Source of the DNA: a bacterium
GTDB lineage: Bacteria > Bacillota > Clostridia > Lachnospirales > Lachnospiraceae
Direction: 5' to 3'
Assembly (NCBI GenBank): GCA_029012425.1
Contig: JAQXMB010000059.1
Location: 9,645 to 73,644, forward strand
Length of the DNA stretch: 64,000 bases
A program made the position numbers and the translations under genes. The notes under the pieces are model-generated. The model saw nothing but the letters and a program-made list of their open reading frames with translations, did no database searches and was not told the DNA's origin. Positions 19,165-28,509 of the stretch are shown here, piece by piece (the stretch's first letter is position 1; every line of letters begins with the position of its first letter).

Positions 19165-19689
19165 TTAATGCACTTTGTATTTGTCAAAGCTGCTAACATT
19201 CTTCTTGGAATCAGGATTCTTCTTATGATCAGAAACCGGCTCAAGAAGCGCTTCTTCCAATGAATGCTCCAGCTTCTCATTTTTCATCTTCAATTCCTGA
19301 TTTTCTTTCTCAAGTTTTTTGAGCTGTTCCTGAACATCAACATTCTGTACTTTAACAAGCTCAAGCTTTGATGTCGTATCATCCAGTTTCATTTGGGCAT
19401 CAATCAATTGATGCTTTAAGGAAAAAATCTCTTTTTCTAATTCAGAAAACTTTGTTCCGGAATCGTCAGCCTGTTCTTTTGCCTTAAAGTACTCATCTGC
19501 AATATTTAATTGCAGCATAATATTTTTCATATCCTGAGAAAGACGCTTATAAGAATCCTGCTGATTCATTTTGGCAATTTTCTGGTTGATATAAGCAGCA
19601 ACTTTCTGAAGATACTCTTCCTCTTCAAACCCACTCAAATTATATTCTTTTTTATCAATTACAACAACAGTCGTTGCTTTTGTAGCCAT
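19165..19689 (-). CDS. zapA: Cell division protein ZapA with C-terminal coiled-coil extension
   Basis: V.IDKKEYNLSG.EEEEYLQKVAAYIN..., LNIADEYFK; start after GGAGG. Confidence 0.85.
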   Translation of the reverse strand: MATKATTVVVIDKKEYNLSGFEEEEYLQKVAAYINQKIAKMNQQDSYKRLSQDMKNIMLQLNIADEYFKAKEQADDSGTKFSELEKEIFSLKHQLIDAQMKLDDTTSKLELVKVQNVDVQEQLKKLEKENQELKMKNEKLEHSLEEALLEPVSDHKKNPDSKKNVSSFDKYKVH

Positions 19690-19751
19690 ACGCGCCTCCC
19701 AAAATATTCGTTGGTTCAAGTATAAAGGAAAGATATACAAATTGCAACCGG

Positions 19752-20753
19752 CTAACCATTACAAGGCAAACCAAAATGTTTATAGCAGTTTTCGGTTACT
19801 ACGCGCCCCTTGGGCGTGCGGTTAATCAATCCATTCATAACAAGATATGGTTCGTATACATCCTCAATCGTACCGGCATCCTCACCAATCGCTGCTGCTA
19901 ATGTATCCAGACCCACCGGCCCGCCTGAAAACTTCTCAATGATTGTCATTAAAAGCTTACGGTCGTTATTATCGAGTCCCATCTTGTCAACATCCAAAAG
20001 ATCCAATGAAAACGAAGCAACTTCCTTGGTTATCTTACCATTATATTTCACCTGGGCGAAATCGCGCACTCGTTTCAAAAGGCGATTTGCAAGTCGGGGC
20101 GTTCCTCTTGATCGTCTTGCCAGCTCATAGGCACCTTCTTCATCAATCTCGACTTCAAGCTTTTGGGCAGAATGAATGATAATTTGTTTCAGTTCTTCAA
20201 CTGTATAAAACTCAAGGCGATGCATCACACCAAAACGATCCCGCAACGGAGCAGATAAAAGTCCTGCTCGTGTAGTAGCACCGACAAGCGTAAACTTTGG
20301 AAGGTCAAGCCGAATCGAACGGGCTGTCGAACCCTTTCCAATCATAATATCAATGTCATAATCCTCCATTGCAGTATATAACACCTCTTCCACCTGACGG
20401 TTCAGACGATGAATTTCATCGACAAAAAGCAAATCACCTTCTGCAAGATTGCTGAGAATCGCTGCCATTTCACCCGGTTTGGCAATTGCCGGACCGGAGG
20501 TGATTTTTACATGAACTTCCATCTCATTTGCAATAATTCCGGCAAGTGTTGTTTTGCCAAGTCCCGGCGGTCCGTAAAACAACACATGGTCTAACGGTTC
20601 GCCTCTTTTTTTAGCGGCCTCAATATATACACGAAGATTCTCTTTCGCTTTTTTCTGTCCGATATAATCATCTAAATACTGTGGACGAAGATTTTTTTCA
20701 ATTTTTATATCTTCTTCCTGAATTTCTGTTGTGATTACTCTGCGATTGCTCAT
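19752..20753 (-). CDS. ruvB: Holliday junction branch migration helicase RuvB
   Basis: [39 protein letters not shown]. Confidence 0.98.
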   Translation of the reverse strand: MSNRRVITTEIQEEDIKIEKNLRPQYLDDYIGQKKAKENLRVYIEAAKKRGEPLDHVLFYGPPGLGKTTLAGIIANEMEVHVKITSGPAIAKPGEMAAILSNLAEGDLLFVDEIHRLNRQVEEVLYTAMEDYDIDIMIGKGSTARSIRLDLPKFTLVGATTRAGLLSAPLRDRFGVMHRLEFYTVEELKQIIIHSAQKLEVEIDEEGAYELARRSRGTPRLANRLLKRVRDFAQVKYNGKITKEVASFSLDLLDVDKMGLDNNDRKLLMTIIEKFSGGPVGLDTLAAAIGEDAGTIEDVYEPYLVMNGLINRTPKGRVVTENCYKHFGLPCNG

Positions 20754-20778
20754 CTGACTCAATCACTCCTATCATCCT

Positions 20779-21390
20779 TTACATAAATGCCATATTTTTA
20801 AGCGCGAGCTTTAATACACTTTCCACATCACTCTCCGGCGTTATGTCAATTCCGCGAAGTACCTGCGTAGCTTCGCTCGCAGAATATCCTAATGAAGTAA
20901 GTGCAAGGATTGCTTCCTGTCGTACACCTTTTTCACCGGTAATATTCGGATTTTTGACCGGAGCATCCTCCTCATGAAATGTGTCCTCAAGTTTTAATTT
21001 ATCCTTTAATTCAAGTACAATTCTCTGTGCCGTTTTTGCTCCGATTCCGGGTGCTTTTGAAATCGCCTTTGCATCATCTGCAATTACCGCAAAGCGCAGA
21101 TTATCTGCACTAAGTACAGAAAGAATGGCAAGCGCCCCCTTCGGGCCAACTCCATTCACTGTAATCAAAAGCTTAAATACATGTAAATCATCCTTGGTTA
21201 AGAAACCAAACAGAGAAAAACCATCTTCTTTTACCTGAAAATATACATACATTTTGATCTCTGCTCCGATTTCAGGCAGATATTCAAAAGTTTGTCCACA
21301 AATATGAATCTGATAACCAATCCCATGATTTTCAACAATCACAGTCTGCTCGTCCATATCCACAAGTGTACCTTTTATATACTGAATCAT
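20779..21390 (-). CDS. ruvA: Holliday junction binding protein RuvA
   Basis: LITVNGVGPKGAL, PGIGAKTAQRIVLELKDK, ALTSLGY. Confidence 0.97.
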   Translation of the reverse strand: MIQYIKGTLVDMDEQTVIVENHGIGYQIHICGQTFEYLPEIGAEIKMYVYFQVKEDGFSLFGFLTKDDLHVFKLLITVNGVGPKGALAILSVLSADNLRFAVIADDAKAISKAPGIGAKTAQRIVLELKDKLKLEDTFHEEDAPVKNPNITGEKGVRQEAILALTSLGYSASEATQVLRGIDITPESDVESVLKLALKNMAFM

Positions 21391-22826
21391 AGAACCTCCT
21401 CAGGTACCCTGCCAAGATAATAAAATCCTTTGCATTCTGTAAGTTCAACATTCACAATGGTTCCAATCATCGAAGCATCCCCATTTAAATGAACGACAGA
21501 ATTATTACTCAGGCGACCGGTAACAAGTGTATCATCCTGCTCATTGATCTGTTCAACCAGAACCGGTAAAATCTTACCTTCCAATTCCATCGCTTTCTCA
21601 CATGCAATACTTTGAACCTCTTTTAATATCATGTCAAAGTTTTCCTTCACTTCGTCTTCCGGAACCTGATTTTCCATCTTTGCAGCAGGTGTTCCGGAGC
21701 GCTTCGAATAAATAAAAGTAAATGCACTGTCATAGCGAACTTTCCGAACAACATCAAGCGTCTCTAAAGCATCCTCTTTTGTCTCACCCGGGAAGCCCAC
21801 AATAATATCCGTTGTAATTGCAATATCCGGAATGGCTTTGCGCAGTTTGTCAACAAGAAGCAAATACTGCTCCTTATCATAATGACGGTTCATCTCTTTT
21901 AATATGCGACTGCTACCCGACTGAAGCGGCAGATGCATATGCTTACAAATCTTATCTGATGCTGCCATCACCTCAATCAATTCATCGGATAGGTCCTTCG
22001 GATGCGAAGTCATAAATCGAATACGCTTCAACCCTTCTATTTTTTCTATTTCACGAAGAAGCTGTGCAAATGTAATCGGATGATCTAAATTCTTGCCATA
22101 TGAGTTTACATTTTGCCCCAGCAGCATCACTTCAACGACACCATCTGCAACGAGATGTTCGATTTCACGAATAATATCCTTAGGTTCTCTGCTGCGCTCT
22201 CTGCCCCGCACATATGGTACGATACAGTAGCTGCAGAAGTTATTGCAGCCAAACATAATGTTAACACCGGATTTAAAATGATACTTGCGTTCAACCGGAA
22301 GATCCTCAACAATTTGTGAGGTCTCATCCCAAATATCAATGACCATCTCGTCACTTGTCATAGCATGTACGATCAATTCCGCAAATTTAAAGATATTATG
22401 TGTTCCAAAAACAAGGTTCACAAAGCGATAACTCATACGAAGCTTCTCAACAACATGCTGCTCCTGCATCATACACCCACATAGAGCAATCATCATATTC
22501 GGATTTTTTTTCTTGTAGCTGCTTAATGTTCCAAGTCGTCCATAAACCTTGTTGTTTGCATTCTCGCGTACGGTACAGGTATTGTAAATAACAAAATCAG
22601 CGTTTTCTGTATCAACCGGAACAAATCCGATTGTATCAAGAATTCCACGAAGTTTTTCTGAATCCCTCGCATTCATCTGGCACCCGAAAGTTTCGACATG
22701 AAATGTCAATGGATGACCGCACTTCTTTGCCCGTTCACTTACAAGCTCTTTTGCTCGTTCAATATAATAAAATTGGCGTTGCGGCTCCATAACAGGGGCC
22801 TCATCAGGCATTGCCGGTTTGTTCAT
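21387..22826 (-). CDS. miaB: tRNA-2-methylthio-i6A37 synthase MiaB
   Basis: TFGCQMNARDSE, NTCTVRE.A, GCNNFCSYCIVP, FMTSHP. Confidence 0.96.
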   Translation of the reverse strand: MNKPAMPDEAPVMEPQRQFYYIERAKELVSERAKKCGHPLTFHVETFGCQMNARDSEKLRGILDTIGFVPVDTENADFVIYNTCTVRENANNKVYGRLGTLSSYKKKNPNMMIALCGCMMQEQHVVEKLRMSYRFVNLVFGTHNIFKFAELIVHAMTSDEMVIDIWDETSQIVEDLPVERKYHFKSGVNIMFGCNNFCSYCIVPYVRGRERSREPKDIIREIEHLVADGVVEVMLLGQNVNSYGKNLDHPITFAQLLREIEKIEGLKRIRFMTSHPKDLSDELIEVMAASDKICKHMHLPLQSGSSRILKEMNRHYDKEQYLLLVDKLRKAIPDIAITTDIIVGFPGETKEDALETLDVVRKVRYDSAFTFIYSKRSGTPAAKMENQVPEDEVKENFDMILKEVQSIACEKAMELEGKILPVLVEQINEQDDTLVTGRLSNNSVVHLNGDASMIGTIVNVELTECKGFYYLGRVPEEVL

Positions 22827-22827
22827 T

Positions 22828-23040
22828 TTATCGTTTCCCATATTTTTCTCCTAAATTTTCAATCGTTCCATCTTTGTTAATGATATCAATATTGTTTAAT
22901 TGTCCGCGCAGACTGGCACGGATATCCGCAACATATTCTGCACGAAGGCGGGCCTGCTCTTCTTTTTCTTCCGCTGTTAATCCTTCTGCTTGTGATTTAT
23001 GATAAAGCTCATTAATTCGGGCAATTCTACTATCCATCAT
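22828..23040 (-). CDS. DUF896 / YnzC family protein
   Basis: RINEL..K..EGLT.EEKEEQARLR.EY. Confidence 0.92.
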   Translation of the reverse strand: MMDSRIARINELYHKSQAEGLTAEEKEEQARLRAEYVADIRASLRGQLNNIDIINKDGTIENLGEKYGKR

Positions 23041-23113
23041 GTCATTCAGCCTCCTAATTTTTCTTCACGCTATACTTTAGCATATGTAAACAAAAAAATC
23101 GACAGTAACTTTC

Positions 23114-23142
23114 TTGAATATCTGAAATTAATATGCTAAATT
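23114..23142 (+). promoter_or_regulatory. sigma-A promoter of the 27-aa ORF and downstream gene
   Basis: TTGAAT-17-TAAATT with extended TG. Confidence 0.65.
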
Positions 23143-23165
23143 GGTACTACTAAGGAGGGGATACT

Positions 23166-23249
23166 ATGAATAAGAAAAAGATCATTCAGGCTTTTCTTCT
23201 TGCACTTATTATCGTAATGATTACATATGTATATAATACATTTTTTTAA
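23166..23249 (+). CDS. 27-aa single-TM peptide (not in ORF track)
   Basis: TAAGGAGGGG-ATACT-ATG; MNKKKIIQAFLLALIIVMITYVYNTFF*. Confidence 0.7.
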   Translation: MNKKKIIQAFLLALIIVMITYVYNTFF

Positions 23250-23275
23250 AGCCTTAGAATAAAAGGATAACCGAC

Positions 23276-23692
23276 ATGCAACATCCAATTATTTCTGCAA
23301 CCGTTTCCAAATACATTGACTATGATGGCAATGAAAAAGAAGAACTCATTATTGTATTAAAGAACGAACCGGTTGACTCGTGTAACAAATCCTATTATCA
23401 ACGCCGGTATGATTACTATCTTCATAATTCCGGGGATATTATGCGTCTTCGTATACCTATGTATCAAGGTATGGTTCGCATGTATTTTTCAGATTATAAA
23501 AACTATTATTATCTTCCGCTTGAAGATCAGGCAATTCACAAGTCTGTGGCACAGTATGTAGACAAGGAGCATCGGCAGAAAGCCACACCCGAGAATTGTT
23601 ACACAACACTTACTGTTACTGACGAATGGTTAAAATCAGAACAATTCGCTGCCTTTGTCGAAACTGTTCTTCAATCATTTCAATTCAAATAA
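23276..23692 (+). CDS. Hypothetical; resembles the isolated C-terminal domain of Lachnospiraceae YprB-like RNase H-like proteins
   Basis: YYYLPLEDQAIHKSVAQYVDKEHRQKAT..CY motif (recognised from memory); own SD AAAGGA. Confidence 0.65.
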   Translation: MQHPIISATVSKYIDYDGNEKEELIIVLKNEPVDSCNKSYYQRRYDYYLHNSGDIMRLRIPMYQGMVRMYFSDYKNYYYLPLEDQAIHKSVAQYVDKEHRQKATPENCYTTLTVTDEWLKSEQFAAFVETVLQSFQFK

Positions 23693-23755
23693 AAACTGCC
23701 TGTATGCACTCGCCTCATTCAATGAAAACGAGACTGACACATATCAGGCAGTATT
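23691..23755. terminator. Long bulged hairpin between convergent genes (bidirectional terminator)
   Basis: ACTGCCTG/CAGGCAGT, TATG/CATA, CTCG/CGAG and TCAT/ATGA nested stems. Confidence 0.65.
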
Positions 23756-24538
23756 TTATGATTTTTCAAAAAAGAATGATTTATTTCTGATATAACCCAG
23801 TTCCTTATAGTTCATTATCTGCTCCGTACTTCCAATGAAAAGTACGCCTCCGGGTTTAAGTGACTGGTGGAATTTCTTATATATCTCATCCTTGGCCTCG
23901 TCTGTAAAATAGATGACAACATTTCTGCAGACAATAAAATTACAATCCTTCGGATACGGATCTCTCAACAAATTATGCTCACGAAATTCTACGCATCGTT
24001 TTATCTGATCTGATATCTGATAAGAGTTCCCGATTTTAGAAAAATATTTTGCTTTCAAATCATCCGGTACTGCGGCAATACTCTTTTCATTGTAAAGTCC
24101 GAGACGCGCAGTATCCAATACCTGCTTATCAATATCCGTTGCAATAATCTTGATATCAGTAAGCGGAAGATGCCGGCTAAGTGCCATAACCAAAGAATAC
24201 GGTTCGTCACCTGTCGAACAGGCTGCACTCCATATCACAAGTTTTTTCCCAAATTTATCAATTAGTTTTGGAAAAACTTCCTGATCAAGAATTTTCCACT
24301 GATCCGGATTTCGATAAAACTCCGATACATTGATTGTAAGAAAGTTGACAAACTGGTCAAACTTTTCTTTGTCGGTTTTAATTAATTCGATATATTTATC
24401 GTAATCATCCAACTTATTCTTTCCAATCAAAGTATCGATTCTTCGCCGCATCTGTTTTTCTTTATAGGCATTTAAATCAATTTTTGTTAACGAAAACACA
24501 TCCGTTTTGAATTTTTCATAATTATCCAGCATAGACAA
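23756..24538 (-). CDS. cheR: Chemotaxis protein-glutamate methyltransferase CheR
   Basis: LTINVSEFYRN, WSAACSTGDEPYS, ATDID, CRNVVIYF, GSTE. Confidence 0.95.
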   Translation of the reverse strand: MSMLDNYEKFKTDVFSLTKIDLNAYKEKQMRRRIDTLIGKNKLDDYDKYIELIKTDKEKFDQFVNFLTINVSEFYRNPDQWKILDQEVFPKLIDKFGKKLVIWSAACSTGDEPYSLVMALSRHLPLTDIKIIATDIDKQVLDTARLGLYNEKSIAAVPDDLKAKYFSKIGNSYQISDQIKRCVEFREHNLLRDPYPKDCNFIVCRNVVIYFTDEAKDEIYKKFHQSLKPGGVLFIGSTEQIMNYKELGYIRNKSFFFEKS

Positions 24539-24565
24539 CCATCCTTCATTAACTCATGAAAAATA

Positions 24566-24597
24566 AAAATCCCTGCGGAATATTCAGCAGGGATTTT
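24566..24597 (-). terminator. Terminator after rpsA
   Basis: AAAATCCCTGC..GAA/TTC..GCAGGGATTTT. Confidence 0.75.
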
Positions 24598-24607
24598 ATA
24601 TTATCGA

Positions 24608-25723
24608 TTACTCTGCATCCTCTGCGGGTGCTTCCTCAGCCTGTGTCTCTTCGGGTTGTGTTTCCTCCTCAGGAGCTAATAAAGCCTTAATACTCAGGCT
24701 AATCTTCTTATCAGCCTCATTAAAATCTACAATCTTCGCCTCGATTTCCTGTCCGATCTTCAATACATCTGAAGGCTTCTCAATATGCTCTTTCGCAATC
24801 TGAGAAACATGCAATAATGCATCGATTCCGGGAGCCAGCTCTACAAATGCACCAAAATCGGTCATGCGAGCAACCTTACCGGTAAGCACATTACCAACTG
24901 CAAACTTCTCAGTTGCATTATTCCAAGGATTCTCATCCGGGAATTTCATACTGAGTGCAATCTTTGTCTCGTTAATGTCTTTAATGAAAACGCGAACATT
25001 GTCACCAACATTGAAAACCTTCTTGGGATTCTCAATTCTTCCCCAGCTCATCTCTGAGATATGCAGTAATCCATCAACACCGCCAAGGTCAATAAATGCA
25101 CCGAAATCAGTCACATTCTTTACCGTACCTTCAATAACATCACCAACGGTAATCTTAGAGAACAATTCTTTCTGAAGCTCAGCCTTCTTAGCTGCAACAA
25201 GCTGCTTTCTGTCACCGATGATGCGTCTTCTTCTGGGATTAAACTCCGTAATAACAAACTCAATATCTGTTCCGGCATACTTTGAAAGATCCTTCTCATA
25301 GGTATCACTTACAAGACTTGCAGGAATGAATACTCTTGCCTCATCAACGATAACGCTCAATCCGCCACCGAGAACCTGCGCAACCTTTGCGGTAAGCACC
25401 TCATGATTTTCGAAAGCTTCCTCAAGACGCTTGCTGCCTTTCTCAGCTGCAAGACTCTTGTATGATAATAATACCTGACCCTCGCCGTCATTCACTCTCT
25501 TAACCTTTGCTTCCATAGTGTCTCCAACAGAAACAAGAGTAGTTAAATCAACATTCGGCTCATTGGTATATTCGTTACGGCTAATAATTCCGTCTGACTT
25601 ATATCCGATGTTCAAGACAATCTCGTCCGGCTTTACATCGATAACCTTACCCTCCACTATTTCATTCTGTCTGATTGTCTTAAAAGACTCTTCCAGCATT
25701 TGTTCAAAGCTCATCTCTGACAT
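24608..25723 (-). CDS. rpsA: 30S ribosomal protein S1 (4 S1 domains)
   Basis: DFGAFIDLGGVDGLLHISE, DFGAFVEL..IDALLHVSQ; start MSEMSF after GAGGAGG inside ispH. Confidence 0.95.
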   Translation of the reverse strand: MSEMSFEQMLEESFKTIRQNEIVEGKVIDVKPDEIVLNIGYKSDGIISRNEYTNEPNVDLTTLVSVGDTMEAKVKRVNDGEGQVLLSYKSLAAEKGSKRLEEAFENHEVLTAKVAQVLGGGLSVIVDEARVFIPASLVSDTYEKDLSKYAGTDIEFVITEFNPRRRRIIGDRKQLVAAKKAELQKELFSKITVGDVIEGTVKNVTDFGAFIDLGGVDGLLHISEMSWGRIENPKKVFNVGDNVRVFIKDINETKIALSMKFPDENPWNNATEKFAVGNVLTGKVARMTDFGAFVELAPGIDALLHVSQIAKEHIEKPSDVLKIGQEIEAKIVDFNEADKKISLSIKALLAPEEETQPEETQAEEAPAEDAE

Positions 25724-26561
25724 ACTTTTGAACCTCCTCAATAATATTATTTGGGGTGGACGCCCCTGCAGTAATACCTACATTGCCAAGGCCACTGAAG
25801 CCTGTCAAAGCCAAATCCTCAAGTGTCTGAATATAGTAAGTATTTTTACATTCCTTTTTACATATCTCAAATAGCTTCTGTGTATTGGAGCTATTCCTGC
25901 CGCCAATCACAATCATTGTCTGTGACTGCGCGGAAAGTTGTCGCGCCTCGCTTTGACGCTCCTCTGTCGCATTGCAGATAGTATTCAAAATACATATATC
26001 AATATAATAACCTTTTTTTCGGATTATTTCAACTAAATTCTTAAATTTATTGTTGTTGAATGTCGTCTGTGAAACAATACACAATTTCTGATTGACAGGA
26101 ATTTCAATCGATTCCGCCTCTTCAATGGTCTCAATGATTGTTGTTTGTTCCGGGTTACACCATCCACTGATTCCAATCACTTCCGGATGGGACGCATCAC
26201 CGATGATAATGATATGCTCTCCCGCCGCTGAATGTTCCGACACAATCCGGTGTATTTTTTTTACAAACGGACAGGTTGCATCAAGAACAGTAAACCCTGA
26301 TTTTTCAATTGCATCAAGCTCCGCTTTTCCAACACCGTGCGAACGGATAATGACTCTTCCTTTCGGCAGAGAAGCAAGCTGTTCTATATTTGAAATAACC
26401 CGTACTCCTCTGCTTTCAAGATCGTTTACAACTTCTTCATTGTGAATGATCGGCCCATAGGTATAAAGCTTTCCTTCAAGTTCTGTCTGTTCATAAACAA
26501 GCTCTACCGCCCGTTTTACACCAAAACAAAAACCTGCACTCTTGGCAACAGTAACATTCAT
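25704..26561 (-). CDS. ispH: 4-hydroxy-3-methylbut-2-enyl diphosphate reductase
   Basis: AGFCFGVKRA, IIHN, DATCPFV, TICNAT, GITAGASTP. Confidence 0.97.
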   Translation of the reverse strand: MNVTVAKSAGFCFGVKRAVELVYEQTELEGKLYTYGPIIHNEEVVNDLESRGVRVISNIEQLASLPKGRVIIRSHGVGKAELDAIEKSGFTVLDATCPFVKKIHRIVSEHSAAGEHIIIIGDASHPEVIGISGWCNPEQTTIIETIEEAESIEIPVNQKLCIVSQTTFNNNKFKNLVEIIRKKGYYIDICILNTICNATEERQSEARQLSAQSQTMIVIGGRNSSNTQKLFEICKKECKNTYYIQTLEDLALTGFSGLGNVGITAGASTPNNIIEEVQKYVRDEL

Positions 26562-26565
26562 ATGA

Positions 26566-27234
26566 TTATTTGTGCTCCTTTACAATCGATTCGATTGCAG
26601 CAACTACCTCTTCAATCGTCATTTCAGATGAATCGATAAGGATGGCATCCTCCGCCTGTTTAAGCGGGGAAATTTCCCGATTCATATCACGGTAATCACG
26701 CTCTTCGATATCCTTTGCAATCATTGCAAGATCAGCTGATTCACCTTTTTCTGACAGCTCATCGTATCTGCGTTTTGCGCGCGTCTGAACACTCGCCGTC
26801 AAATAAATCTTAACCTGTGCATCCGGAAGGACACAGGTGCCAATATCCCGCCCATCCATAATCACATCCGCTGTCTTGGCAAGCTTTTGCTGAAGCGCAA
26901 CAAGCTTTTTGCGAACGATGGGATATACGCTCGTTGCAGAGGCCATATTTCCAACTGCTTCATTTCGCAATTCACCGGTAACATTTTCTCCGTTTAAGAG
27001 TACCTGCTGTGCACCGTCTACATATTCAATAGAAATATCTACCTGTTTTACAGCGTCTGATATCCTTACTTCGTCATCCGGGCTGATATTATTTTTCAAA
27101 AAATATAAAGCCATTGCCCGATACATGGCACCGGTATCCACATATATATATTTCATCTTTTTCGCAAGCATCTTTGCGATTGTACTTTTTCCTGCGCCCG
27201 CAGGACCATCAATTGCAATATTAAAAGCCATCAT
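26566..27234 (-). CDS. cmk: Cytidylate kinase
   Basis: IAIDGPAGAGKST, DTGAMYR, MDGRDIGT. Confidence 0.97.
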   Translation of the reverse strand: MMAFNIAIDGPAGAGKSTIAKMLAKKMKYIYVDTGAMYRAMALYFLKNNISPDDEVRISDAVKQVDISIEYVDGAQQVLLNGENVTGELRNEAVGNMASATSVYPIVRKKLVALQQKLAKTADVIMDGRDIGTCVLPDAQVKIYLTASVQTRAKRRYDELSEKGESADLAMIAKDIEERDYRDMNREISPLKQAEDAILIDSSEMTIEEVVAAIESIVKEHK

Positions 27235-27240
27235 ATCCTC

Positions 27241-28509
27241 CTATGTGTGCAATAACTTATATTCTTCAGCTGCGCAATTGCCTGCCAAATGACCGCTTGA
27301 CCATGCAATCTGCAGGTTAAATCCGCCCGTGTATGCATCCAGATCAAGTACTTCCCCGGCAAAATACAATCCCTTCACAAGCTTTGAGTCCATTGTTGAA
27401 GGGTTCACTTCCTTCAAGACAATTCCGCCTCTTGTAATAATCGCCTCACGAAAATCTCTAAGCCCCGTGAGCGTAACAGAAAACTGTTTGAAAAGCAATG
27501 TTAATTGCTTCCTTTCCTCACGGGTTATTTCGTTAATTTTTTTATTTTCCGGAATTTTACTTCTCTCAATAAGTACGGGAATTAATTTCGCAGGTGCTAA
27601 AGCTGACAAAACATTCTTAAACAGTCTATTCTTATTCTCTTCGAATTCTTTCAGTATTCTTCGATCCAGCTGCTCCATGGTCAGTGCCGGTTTCCAATCA
27701 AGAAGCAGGGTGAGCGGTTGTTTTTGTATTTTTTCATTTATCACTGCACTCGCAGACAGAATAAGCGGACCACTTACTCCAAAATGTGTAAAAAGCATTT
27801 CTCCGAAATTTTCAAAAATACACTTTTTTCCATCCATAATCTTTATGCTGACATTCTTGGGAGCAAGTCCCTGCAACTGTAACACATCCTCTTCCGCAAC
27901 TGTAATCGGCACTAATGAGGGACTAAGAGCCGTAACATTGTGCCCCGCTGATTTTGCCAAACGATATCCATCTCCGGTAGAGCCGGTCGTGGCATACGAC
28001 ATTCCTCCGGTTGCGATCAACACTCGCGGCGCAAAAAAATCTGTTCCATCACAGAGTCGTACACCGGAAAGCTTCCTCTGCTCAAATAACAGTTCTTTTA
28101 CCTGCGAATGATACCTGAGCCGTATTTGATTTTTCTCAATCCTGCGCTTTAATGCTCCAATTACATCCGATGCATGATCCGAAACAGGAAACACACGCTT
28201 TCCCCGTTCAACCTTTGTCTTCATTCCACTCTCTTCAAAAAAATCAATTACCTGTTGATTGGAAAATGAATAAAATGCACTGAATAAAAAACGCGATTGC
28301 CGGGGCACATTATCAAAAAGCTCTTCAATATCGCATGCATTGGTCAGATTACATCTGCCTTTTCCTGTAATATATATTTTTTTGCCGAGTTTTTCATTTC
28401 TCTCCAACAGAAGAATTTTTTCTCCCGGCATACCGTTTTCAGCTGCGGCAATGGCAGCCATCATTCCGGCAGCACCGCCACCGATAATAATCAATTCATA
28501 ATCAGACAT
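27241..28509 (-). CDS. HI0933/BaiN-family NAD(P)/FAD oxidoreductase
   Basis: GGGAAG, GKKI.ITGKGRCNLTN, GEMLFTHFGVSGP, TGGFNLQIAWSSG. Confidence 0.93.
   Translation of the reverse strand: MSDYELIIIGGGAAGMMAAIAAAENGMPGEKILLLERNEKLGKKIYITGKGRCNLTNACDIEELFDNVPRQSRFLFSAFYSFSNQQVIDFFEESGMKTKVERGKRVFPVSDHASDVIGALKRRIEKNQIRLRYHSQVKELLFEQRKLSGVRLCDGTDFFAPRVLIATGGMSYATTGSTGDGYRLAKSAGHNVTALSPSLVPITVAEEDVLQLQGLAPKNVSIKIMDGKKCIFENFGEMLFTHFGVSGPLILSASAVINEKIQKQPLTLLLDWKPALTMEQLDRRILKEFEENKNRLFKNVLSALAPAKLIPVLIERSKIPENKKINEITREERKQLTLLFKQFSVTLTGLRDFREAIITRGGIVLKEVNPSTMDSKLVKGLYFAGEVLDLDAYTGGFNLQIAWSSGHLAGNCAAEEYKLLHT

Noticed and set aside
23041-23113. LexA (GAAC-N4-GTTC) box upstream of DUF896-miaB-ruvAB
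   Set aside because: No adequate match is visible.
23241-23275. T7 tract as a phase-variable fusion of the 27-aa peptide (as a signal peptide) to the downstream ORF
   Set aside because: A TAG at 23255-23257 is in the downstream ORF's frame, so slippage cannot produce a fusion.
27329-28111. 260-aa plus-strand ORF and many other antisense or nested ORFs in the track (e.g. 45760-46302, 7706-8200, 39456-39935, 62542-62997)
   Set aside because: They lie opposite or inside well-supported genes and show no recognisable motifs; treated as shadow ORFs.
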